A stretch of DNA of 64,000 nucleotides. Source: Candidatus Gastranaerophilaceae bacterium. Lineage in GTDB: Bacteria > Cyanobacteriota > Vampirovibrionia > Gastranaerophilales > Gastranaerophilaceae. Location: contig JAZTWQ010000004.1 of the NCBI GenBank assembly GCA_045635965.1, positions 36,204 to 100,203 on the forward strand, read 5' to 3'. The notes under the pieces were generated by a model, which was not told the DNA's origin, did no database searches, and saw only the letters and a program-made list of their open reading frames with translations. Position 1 is the first letter of the stretch. Each line of letters starts with the position of its first letter. A program made the position numbers and the translations under genes. Positions 28,030-37,371 of this stretch are shown piece after piece.

Positions 28030-29466
28030 ATGTATTTAGATCCAGCATCTATGTTTTTTGTGGTTATTCCAGCGCTTATATTAATATCCGCACTACTGTT
28101 TATTGCGAACCAATATAAACGTTGCCCATCAAACAAAATTATCGTTGTTTATGGTAAAACAGGTTCAAACACAACTGCTAAGTGTGTTCACGGCGGTGGT
28201 GTTTTTGTTATTCCACTTATTCAGGATTACGGAGTTTTGTCTTTAGAACCTTTGGCAACTGATATTGATTTAAGAGGCGCTTTGTCAAAAGGTAATATCC
28301 GTGTTGCCGTACCTTCAACTTTTACTTTTGGTATTTCTACAAAAACAGATATTATGATAAATGCAGCTGAGCGTTTGCTTGGATTAAGCAAGCAAGACAT
28401 TATTGCACAAGCAAGCGATATTATTTTAGGTCAATTACGTCTTGCTATTGCAACATTGACAATCGAAGAAATCAACCAAGATAGAGAAAAATTCTTGGAA
28501 CAAATCAACATCAACGTAAATACAGAGTTGAACAAAATTGGTTTAGAAATCATCAACGTAAACATTAAAGATATTACGGATGAATCCGGATATATCGATG
28601 CTATTGGTAAAAAGATGGCGGCAGAAGCTATTAACAAAGCTAAAGTAGAAGTTGCTCAACAAGAAAAACTTGGTGCAGTTGGTGAAGCTGAAGCTAATAA
28701 AACGAAAGAAGTTCAAGTTGCAGAACAAGTTGCTCAAACAGAAATTGGTAAAACTAATGCGCAAAAAGAGCAACGTATTAAAACAGCAAGCCTAGAAGCA
28801 GAAGCGGTTGAAGGTGAAAACATTGCTAAAGCAAATATTGCAGATTATAATGCTACTTTAGCTGTGAAACAAGCAGAAGCTTTAAAACTTGGTGAAGTTG
28901 CAAAAGCAAATGCAGAACGTGATGTTTTGATGGCTCAAAAAGAACAAGAAGAAGCAAGATTGAAAAAAGAAGAACTTGCAAGACAAGAAGTTGAAAAATT
29001 AAAAATTCAGGTTGAAGCTGATGCAGAGGCTGAAAGACAACGTAGAATTGCACTTGGTGAAGCTGATGCGATTAAAGCTAAATACTTTGCAGAAGCTGAA
29101 GGTATCAAAGCCGTTCTTGAAGCTAAAGCTAAAGGGTATGAAGAACTTGTTAAAATCAGCAATAACAAACCTGAAATTGCTACAAGTTTCTTGATGATTG
29201 AAAAAATCGAGGATATTGTTGCAAAACAAGTTGAGGCAATTAAAAATATTAAATTTGATAAGATTACTGTTTGGGATGGTGGCGCAGGCTCAAAAGATGG
29301 CAGCACAACAGCTAATTTTATGAGAGACTTGATTAAAGCTCTTCCAGCAATGCATGATTTAGCTGGTCAAGCTGGTATTGAATTACCTCAAATTCTTGGT
29401 AAAGTTGCATCTCAAGATGAACTTCAACCCCTAACAAACGCAACAAGCGAAGAAAACCAAAATTAA
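28030..29466 (+). CDS. flotillin/SPFH (band 7) family protein, YqiK-like
   Basis: N-terminal TM, SPFH core, long Ala/Glu/Lys coiled-coil repeats. Confidence 0.8.
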   Translation: MYLDPASMFFVVIPALILISALLFIANQYKRCPSNKIIVVYGKTGSNTTAKCVHGGGVFVIPLIQDYGVLSLEPLATDIDLRGALSKGNIRVAVPSTFTFGISTKTDIMINAAERLLGLSKQDIIAQASDIILGQLRLAIATLTIEEINQDREKFLEQININVNTELNKIGLEIINVNIKDITDESGYIDAIGKKMAAEAINKAKVEVAQQEKLGAVGEAEANKTKEVQVAEQVAQTEIGKTNAQKEQRIKTASLEAEAVEGENIAKANIADYNATLAVKQAEALKLGEVAKANAERDVLMAQKEQEEARLKKEELARQEVEKLKIQVEADAEAERQRRIALGEADAIKAKYFAEAEGIKAVLEAKAKGYEELVKISNNKPEIATSFLMIEKIEDIVAKQVEAIKNIKFDKITVWDGGAGSKDGSTTANFMRDLIKALPAMHDLAGQAGIELPQILGKVASQDELQPLTNATSEENQN

Positions 29467-29516
29467 AAATCTTACAAAAGATTAATTTAAATTAACATTA
29501 TAAATTTTAAACAAAT

Positions 29517-29560
29517 CCCAAAGCTACACCAAATACAAAGTTAGTTTTGGGGTTATTTTA
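29517..29560 (+). terminator. putative terminator after the flotillin gene
   Basis: CCCAAAGCTA / TAGTTTTGGG stem (one mismatch) followed by GTTATTTTAT. Confidence 0.4.
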
Positions 29561-29681
29561 TGCAATAATTTCTTGCACTGATAAGTTTTGTATAGTAATA
29601 TTAACAATAATTTTGCTTATTTTTAAAATTAGTTATAAAATTAAAGTAAATTAGACTTATAAATTTAAAGAGGATGTTAAT

Positions 29682-30770
29682 ATGAAATCTTACACACAAG
29701 AACAAATTACGGAAATTGTTGGTGGTATTCTTACTAAAGTTACAACAACTACTATTAACAGAATTTCCCCACCACTTTTAGCTAACGAAAACACTTTGGC
29801 TTTAGCTCTTGGCGAAGAAGAAATCGAAAACCTTTCAAAATCACAAGCACAGGTTGCATTGGTTCCTCTTGGTGTAAATTTAGACAATATATCAACAATA
29901 GAAGTTGAAAGACCAAAACTTGCAATGATGAAACTACTTCATCTTTTCTACATTCCACCGGAAACACAATCCGGTATTCATCCTACGGCTGTTGTTCATC
30001 CCGAAGCGGAAATTGCTGAAAATGTTTCAATAGGCGCAAATGTTGTGATTTCAAGAGGTGCTAAAGTTGCAAGTGGCACAAAATTATTACCAAATTGCTA
30101 TATCGGCAGAAATGTAAAAATTGGAGAAAATTGTTTCTTCCATGCTGGATGTCATATTGGAGACGATGTTCAAATTGGAAATAGAGTAATACTTCAACAA
30201 GGTTGCTCAATTGGTGCTGATGGCTTTAGCTTTGTTACAGAAAATCCTGACAATATCGAAAAAGCAAAACAAGCAGGCGAAATTAAAGAAGCGAATACAA
30301 AACAAAAAATATATAAAATTCCTTCTATTGGTTCTGTGGTAATTGAAGACGACGTTGAAATCGGTGCAAATTCTGCAATCGACAGAGGTACAATCGAAAA
30401 CACAGTAATTGGCGCATCAACTAAAATTGATAACCTTGTTCAAATTGGTCATAACTGCAAAATTGGTAAAGCTTGTATGATAGTATCCCAAGTTGGTATT
30501 GCAGGAAGTTGTGTAATTGGAGATAGAGTTGTTATAGCAGGACAAGCAGGACTTGCAGACCACTTAAATATTGGCGCAGATAGCATAATTATGGCTCAAG
30601 CTGGAGTTTCAAAAAGTTTTCCAGAACGTTCTATCATTATCGGCGCGCCAGCTGTTCCTAGAAAAGATTTCATTAAACAAATGAAAATGATGAAATCTGC
30701 AGAAGAATTAGTTGCTAAGTTCAAAAAATACGAACATTTACTAAAAGCGCTAGAAACAGACGAAGAATAG
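29682..30770 (+). CDS. lpxD: UDP-3-O-acylglucosamine N-acyltransferase
   Basis: [13 protein letters not shown] plus long left-handed beta-helix hexapeptide repeats. 362 aa. Confidence 0.9.
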   Translation: MKSYTQEQITEIVGGILTKVTTTTINRISPPLLANENTLALALGEEEIENLSKSQAQVALVPLGVNLDNISTIEVERPKLAMMKLLHLFYIPPETQSGIHPTAVVHPEAEIAENVSIGANVVISRGAKVASGTKLLPNCYIGRNVKIGENCFFHAGCHIGDDVQIGNRVILQQGCSIGADGFSFVTENPDNIEKAKQAGEIKEANTKQKIYKIPSIGSVVIEDDVEIGANSAIDRGTIENTVIGASTKIDNLVQIGHNCKIGKACMIVSQVGIAGSCVIGDRVVIAGQAGLADHLNIGADSIIMAQAGVSKSFPERSIIIGAPAVPRKDFIKQMKMMKSAEELVAKFKKYEHLLKALETDEE

Positions 30771-30778
30771 GTAAAACT

Positions 30779-31582
30779 ATGACAACGATAAAAAATGAAA
30801 TATCAATCAAATCAGTTGCCCTAATGACCGGCGTCGAGTGCGAAGCAAAACTTGTTCCCGCAAGAGAAAAAGGAATAAGATTTCACTTTGCAGGGCAGAC
30901 TATTGAGGCAAAAGTTGAAAATGTTGTATCAACCGAACATTGTACAGTTATTGGTAACGCAAATGTTCAAATTATGCTTATTGAACACTTTATGGCAGCA
31001 TGTGCATTAAGTCGTATAGACAGTATTGATGTATACTTAAGTCATTTTGAATTACCAATTTTAGATGGGGCTTCACAAAAATGGATTGACGCATTCAACG
31101 AAGCTGGTATTGAAAGCATTGAAAAAAAATCATATACAATAACAGAACCGGCATATTACATAAATGGAAAAACACATCTTGTAATGTTGCCTGCGGACAA
31201 GTTAAATATTACTTACGGAGTAAATTTCAATCATCCTGATTTAAATCATCGCTGGGTTAGTGTTAATAATGATTTTTCAGAAGTTTCAAAAGCAAGAACT
31301 TTTGGATATCTAAAAGACTTAGAAATGCTACAAGCCGCAGGATATGCAAAAGGCGTAAGCATTGAAAACACTGTTGGATTGACAGGTGATGGTTATACAA
31401 CAGAATTGAATAGCGAATTTGAACCTGCAAAACACAAAGTGCTTGATTTACTTGGTGATTTATACTTAACAGGTTGCAACCCGCTTGATTTCAAAACAGA
31501 AATAATTGTAAAAGAAGCTGGACACGCAGTTCATGTTAATTTTGCAAAAGGATTAAGAACTAAAATTATGGAGGATAAATAA
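30779..31582 (+). CDS. lpxC: UDP-3-O-acyl-N-acetylglucosamine deacetylase
   Basis: EHFMAA, PILDGS-like (PILDGAS), HKVLDLLGDL motifs. Confidence 0.88.
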   Translation: MTTIKNEISIKSVALMTGVECEAKLVPAREKGIRFHFAGQTIEAKVENVVSTEHCTVIGNANVQIMLIEHFMAACALSRIDSIDVYLSHFELPILDGASQKWIDAFNEAGIESIEKKSYTITEPAYYINGKTHLVMLPADKLNITYGVNFNHPDLNHRWVSVNNDFSEVSKARTFGYLKDLEMLQAAGYAKGVSIENTVGLTGDGYTTELNSEFEPAKHKVLDLLGDLYLTGCNPLDFKTEIIVKEAGHAVHVNFAKGLRTKIMEDK

Positions 31583-31583
31583 A

Positions 31584-32021
31584 ATGAGTGAAACTGTATC
31601 TTACAACATCATGGAAATCATGAAAATGATTCCTCACAGATACCCATTTTTATTGGTAGACAGAATTACAGAATGCGTTCCTGGAGAATACTGCAAGGGG
31701 TACAAAAACGTAACGATGAATGAAGAATTTTTCTGCGGACACTTTCCTGAAAACCCTATTATGCCAGGAGTATTACAAATTGAAGCTATGGCACAACTAA
31801 GCGCAGGTACACTTATGAACATGCCCGAATACGAAGGAAAACTAGCGTTATTTGCCGGAATTGAAGGAGCAAGATTCAAAAATATTGTCCGCCCAGGAGA
31901 CAAATTCGAAATGGAAAGCCGCATTGTTAAAAGAAAAGGTCCTATCGTAAAATGTGAAGCAAAAGGCTATGTCGATGGCAAATTGACTGTTAGCGCAGAA
32001 TTAACATTCTCTATTATGTAA
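31584..32021 (+). CDS. fabZ: 3-hydroxyacyl-ACP dehydratase
   Basis: IPHRYPFLLVDRI...FFCGHFP..PIMPGVLQIEAMAQ. Confidence 0.93.
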   Translation: MSETVSYNIMEIMKMIPHRYPFLLVDRITECVPGEYCKGYKNVTMNEEFFCGHFPENPIMPGVLQIEAMAQLSAGTLMNMPEYEGKLALFAGIEGARFKNIVRPGDKFEMESRIVKRKGPIVKCEAKGYVDGKLTVSAELTFSIM

Positions 32022-32036
32022 GAAAGAAGGTAAAAT

Positions 32037-32864
32037 ATGATACATCCAACAGCAATTATATCACCGGATGCGATTATTGGCGAAGGTTGCGAAATCGGAG
32101 CTTATGCATACATCGGCGAGAACGTAAAACTAGGAAATAATGTAAAAATCATGGCTCATGCCTATCTTGAACATTGTGAAATTGGGTCAGGAACATCTAT
32201 TTCTCCGTTTGCGTCAATAGGTACAGCACCTCAAGATTTAGGCTATAAAAATGAACCAACAAAAGCAATTATTGGAGAAAACTGTATTATCAAAGAATAT
32301 GCAACTGTAAATCGTGGTGCGGTTAGTGGAGATAATTGCACAAGAGTAGGCAACCGTTGTTTATTAATGACATCATCACACGTTGCACACAACTGTGTAG
32401 TTGAAGATGAGGTAATTATGGCAAACCTCGCAACTCTTGGTGGTCATTGCAATGTTGGTAAAGGTGCATTTTTAGGTGGAATGAGCGTATTCCATCAAAA
32501 CGTTAGAATTGGTGAAATGTGTATTGTCAGCGGTTTTTCAGCTGCAAGACAAGACGTTCCTCCATACTGCAAAGCAGATGGTAGACAATGCTTAATACAT
32601 GGAATAAACTCAATCGGACTTAAACGTCGTGGATTTACACCAGAGCAACGTAAAAATCTTAAAGACGCGTTTAAAATTTTAGACTCAAACGATATAACAA
32701 CAACAAAAGCATGTGAAATTATTGAAGAAACTATTCCTCAAGATGAGCATGTTAAAAAGCTTGTTCAATTTATTAGAGAATCTAAACGCGGTGTATTGCT
32801 AAGTTCTACAAGCAAAGAATTCCGTAAATTAGGTATTACAAGTAGTGAAAATAACGAGGACTAA
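32037..32864 (+). CDS. lpxA: acyl-ACP--UDP-N-acetylglucosamine O-acyltransferase
   Basis: IHPTAIISPDAIIGEG hexapeptide repeats, NSIGLKRRGF. Confidence 0.9.
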   Translation: MIHPTAIISPDAIIGEGCEIGAYAYIGENVKLGNNVKIMAHAYLEHCEIGSGTSISPFASIGTAPQDLGYKNEPTKAIIGENCIIKEYATVNRGAVSGDNCTRVGNRCLLMTSSHVAHNCVVEDEVIMANLATLGGHCNVGKGAFLGGMSVFHQNVRIGEMCIVSGFSAARQDVPPYCKADGRQCLIHGINSIGLKRRGFTPEQRKNLKDAFKILDSNDITTTKACEIIEETIPQDEHVKKLVQFIRESKRGVLLSSTSKEFRKLGITSSENNED

Positions 32865-33968
32865 ATGGATAATATTTGGGAAAAATACGCAAAAGTTTTG
32901 GTTGAATATTCAACCGACGTACAAAAAGGAGACTTAACCGTAATCAAAACCGATAACGCACAAAGTGCTCCACTTATAAATGAAATATACAAAGCCGTAT
33001 TAAAACGTGGAGGAAATCCGCTTGTGCGTTGTGGAATAGATGGAATTACAGAAACATTTTTCAAGAATGCAACAGATGAGCAACTTGAATTTGTTGATGA
33101 AATGTCTAAAATGGAATACAATACAGTTAAAAATTTCATATCTATTTCTGCGCCATCAAACGTAAAACAGCTTGCGCGTATTTCTCCGGAAAAACAAGCA
33201 AAACGTTCTCGTGCGACTAGAGGGCTGTCTGAAACTTTAATGTCTCGTAGTGCAAAGGGCGAAGCAAATTGGGTTATAGCTGATTTCCCAACCCAAGCAT
33301 TGGCGCAAGAGGCTAGAATGTCATTAGAGGATTACAAACAATTTATTATTAATTCTTGCTATTTAGACGTTGAAGACCCCGTTTCAAAATGGAAAGAAAT
33401 TGAGAAAGAACAACAAATCAAAACTGATTATTTGAATACAACATCAAAAATTAGGTTTGTTGGAGAAAAAACTGACATTACATTCTCTACAGCTGGAAGA
33501 AAATGGATTAACTGTTGTGGATTAAACAATTTTCCTGACGGAGAAATTTTTACATCTCCTGTTGAAGATAGTGCAAATGGTAAAATATATTTTGATTTTC
33601 CAGCTATTTATCGTGGTAACGAAGTAAACAAAATTCTTTTAACCTTAGAAAATGGAAAAGTTACAGACTACAAAGTTGAACAAGGTGAAGACTTCTTTGC
33701 GGCGATGATAAACCAAGACGAAGGTGCAAGATTTGTTGGTGAAATAGCTATCGGCACAAATGACAGAATCCAAGAAATTACAGGCAACATTTTGTTTGAT
33801 GAAAAAATTGGTGGTTCTATTCACATGGCATTGGGTGCGTCTTACCCAGAAACTGGTGGTAAAAACATATCAGGCTTACACTGGGATTTAATCAAAAACA
33901 TGAAAAATGGCGGACAAATCTACGCTGATGACAAGTTAATCTATGAAAATGGAAAGTTTTTGATTTAA
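32865..33968 (+). CDS. aminopeptidase, M29 (AmpS/PepS) family
   Basis: NFPDGEIFTSP, GEIAIGTN, GGSIHMALG motifs. Its start abuts the lpxA stop. Confidence 0.8.
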   Translation: MDNIWEKYAKVLVEYSTDVQKGDLTVIKTDNAQSAPLINEIYKAVLKRGGNPLVRCGIDGITETFFKNATDEQLEFVDEMSKMEYNTVKNFISISAPSNVKQLARISPEKQAKRSRATRGLSETLMSRSAKGEANWVIADFPTQALAQEARMSLEDYKQFIINSCYLDVEDPVSKWKEIEKEQQIKTDYLNTTSKIRFVGEKTDITFSTAGRKWINCCGLNNFPDGEIFTSPVEDSANGKIYFDFPAIYRGNEVNKILLTLENGKVTDYKVEQGEDFFAAMINQDEGARFVGEIAIGTNDRIQEITGNILFDEKIGGSIHMALGASYPETGGKNISGLHWDLIKNMKNGGQIYADDKLIYENGKFLI

Positions 33969-33970
33969 AT

Positions 33971-34010
33971 AAAAAAGAACAAGGTGCGTAATCCGCACCT
34001 TGTTTATTAA
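33971..34010. terminator. bidirectional terminator between convergent genes
   Basis: ACAAGGTGCG-TAATC-CGCACCTTGT stem. The minus-strand reading is followed by TCTTTTTTATTT. Confidence 0.7.
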
Positions 34011-34020
34011 TTAAATACTT

Positions 34021-34791
<771 letters not shown>

Positions 34792-34912
34792 TTTTAAAAC
34801 TCCAACTATTCTCACCACATGATAATAGCATAGTTTGTACAATCTGTAAAATTTTTACAAACTATAATGCTGGCATTAAAAAACATCTAAACTTTTTCTA
34901 AAAATTAAACAA

Positions 34913-36928
34913 CTACCTTGCTACACTGATAAAAAGTTTCATCTGTGGATTTCTAGCCTTTAAAAGACTTATTTCATTCTTGAATTTGCGATACTGAACA
35001 TCACTACAATGCAACTCATTTACCTTTGATAAATTTTTAGGGAATTTCTTAATTCCTGAATTTTTCATATAAAAAACATCAATTGATTTTACATCACCCA
35101 ACAACATATCTTCATCAATTCCAAAATACATTAAAGGAACTTGCGAATAAGGTCGTTTTTGCCCATTTTCATAATCCAAATCAATAAGCGGGTTATATAT
35201 TTGTAAAGACAACAAATTTTCTGAAGTTGTAAAACCTTTCAAATCTAATTTAGATATTTTTTGAATAACTTTATTCAAAAAAAGTTTTCTATTAAAATCT
35301 TTTTCAAGAGCCGCAACAGGAATTGAAACAGTTGTAGATACCGCTGGAATAGTTTGAGACTCTGGCAATGGAATATCCATTTCACTAACATTCTCAACTG
35401 TTCTTACATCTTCAAATGTAGGTAAGTCTAGAACTTTATTCAAAACTTCTATTGTATCAATAACCGAATAATCAACACTCATCGGCTTAGCACCCATCTC
35501 TGAAAGCAAATTTTTGTATAATTCTTTACTTTGTTCTTTAGTATTTGTAATTACTTGCGCCGCAGCTTTTGCTCGCTCATTTAATTCTCGAATTTCATTT
35601 TCAATATTAATTCTTTCCAAAGGGTCTATACTTGTATTAGACGTAGGCTTAAGTAATTTTATCCTTTCTTGGTTTTTTATGCGTTTAGCCTTCATCTTAT
35701 CTATCTGCTCATTAGCCTTTCTGATATCAGAAATCGCTATAGCTAAAGGTGAACCTTTTTCCAAATAATTCATAATGGACATCTGCACACAAGCTGTTGG
35801 CGCGTTATCATTAATATCTCTATGCTTAAATTTCAAAGTTTTATCAAATTTTTGCATCAAAATTTTAATTCTTTTATAATCTTCATCTGTTAAAATATAA
35901 TTATTTTTCACACCTTGAAGCTCAATAACGCCGATACTTTGTTTCTTTTTATACCTATTATCAGAAGAAACAGCAGTCATAGGAACCCAATTATTATCAT
36001 CATCCCGTTTTAAATAAACAAAGAAATCACCCGTTTCTACTTGGGCTTTTGCCTTATCCTCACGAGAATGAGTACACCAATTTTTATTACTGAAAATTTC
36101 TACCAAATTAATAAATTTATCTTGAACAGTATCTTCTTCACCCCGCCCTGGAATACAAACCCAGCATTCTTTTAGCTCATCCACAGGATATTTATCATCA
36201 ACATAAATTATTCTTTCCGGATTATTAATCAAGGCATCTTCTATCAAATTACTATGATACAACCTAGACAGTTTACCAATACTCATGCTTTCTCGACTTG
36301 CATCAACATGCGCAAAAGTTTTAGCTAGAACTTCAATATTGAACGGTAATGGAATATGCCTGTTAGAGTCTTTTACGTCATTAAAGGCTACAAGCATTGC
36401 TAAAAATTGATACGCTTGATTATTCTTCAATTTTTCTATACACAACGCAACATCTTCAGGCAGATATTCACTCTTAACCGCAAAATCTCCAACAGATGCA
36501 TAGTCTCTCAATCTATCACTTCTTGCTTTATTAACTCCTTTGCAAGATGTACGTTTGTAATCGGCATTTAAAAATGTTTTCCACTCAACCAAATTTGCAT
36601 CCGCCTGAACGCCTAAACCGACTTTAGACATTACATCAAGGAAGTTTTCTTTTAATTTTGCTGAAATATTGTGAGGAGTTAAGCCCTCATAAACAATAGA
36701 TGCCCCCCAATCTTTTCTTCTTAAATCAAGATAATTATGAGCCATAAGTTCAATAACAGAAACATCATTCATCCCTCTTTCCTTTGGGCTATATTGTTTC
36801 TTAAAGCTCACTGTATCTGATTTTAAAATTGGAAGAGAAAAACTTTGACGCAAAAAATTATTTGAATCATAGTTTTTATAAGTTCTATTATTATTAATAT
36901 TGCAATTGTTTACACCAGATATATTCAT
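34913..36928 (-). CDS. hypothetical 671-aa protein
   Basis: Long ORF whose start overlaps the stop of the upstream 103-aa ORF by 1 nt. No family recognised. Confidence 0.6.
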   Translation of the reverse strand: MNISGVNNCNINNNRTYKNYDSNNFLRQSFSLPILKSDTVSFKKQYSPKERGMNDVSVIELMAHNYLDLRRKDWGASIVYEGLTPHNISAKLKENFLDVMSKVGLGVQADANLVEWKTFLNADYKRTSCKGVNKARSDRLRDYASVGDFAVKSEYLPEDVALCIEKLKNNQAYQFLAMLVAFNDVKDSNRHIPLPFNIEVLAKTFAHVDASRESMSIGKLSRLYHSNLIEDALINNPERIIYVDDKYPVDELKECWVCIPGRGEEDTVQDKFINLVEIFSNKNWCTHSREDKAKAQVETGDFFVYLKRDDDNNWVPMTAVSSDNRYKKKQSIGVIELQGVKNNYILTDEDYKRIKILMQKFDKTLKFKHRDINDNAPTACVQMSIMNYLEKGSPLAIAISDIRKANEQIDKMKAKRIKNQERIKLLKPTSNTSIDPLERINIENEIRELNERAKAAAQVITNTKEQSKELYKNLLSEMGAKPMSVDYSVIDTIEVLNKVLDLPTFEDVRTVENVSEMDIPLPESQTIPAVSTTVSIPVAALEKDFNRKLFLNKVIQKISKLDLKGFTTSENLLSLQIYNPLIDLDYENGQKRPYSQVPLMYFGIDEDMLLGDVKSIDVFYMKNSGIKKFPKNLSKVNELHCSDVQYRKFKNEISLLKARNPQMKLFISVAR

Positions 36929-37239
36929 TATTTTTTCAAATTTTTCAACATATTAACCAAGTTTGTAGGAACAGTTTCTCCCATAGAAATTATATAATCA
37001 ATTGTATCTTGGATAGATCTTATCATTTTTAACTTATATTTAGCCTCTAAGTTTTTGTTTATAAGTGTTCTTCTCTCATTTTCCGCTAATACTTCTTCTA
37101 CACGACTTGACAGATTTTTTGAAAAAGAATCATATTCTTCATGAGACATAACATCTTGTAAACCCAAATTATTTTGAAAATCTGTTAGATTTCTTACATT
37201 TTTGCCAAACGAAACATTTGAAAAATTGATTGCTTGCAT
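36928..37239 (-). CDS. hypothetical 103-aa protein
   Basis: ORF with AAGGAAA upstream. N-terminus MQAINFSNVSFGKNV. Confidence 0.5.
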   Translation of the reverse strand: MQAINFSNVSFGKNVRNLTDFQNNLGLQDVMSHEEYDSFSKNLSSRVEEVLAENERRTLINKNLEAKYKLKMIRSIQDTIDYIISMGETVPTNLVNMLKNLKK

Positions 37240-37371
37240 ATTTTTCCTTTCTTTGTTCTACTATTACTTAAACTCCTGAAAAAATAAAATTGCGTTATTA
37301 AAATCACAAAAAGAGTTTTTGTAATAAAAAGTTACAATAGTCAAATTATTTATAATATTATTTGTATTTTA

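Noticed and set aside
28431-29306. Several minus-strand ORFs inside the flotillin gene
   Set aside because: They are antisense to the Ala/Glu/Lys coiled-coil repeats of a well-supported SPFH protein. They are low-complexity shadows.
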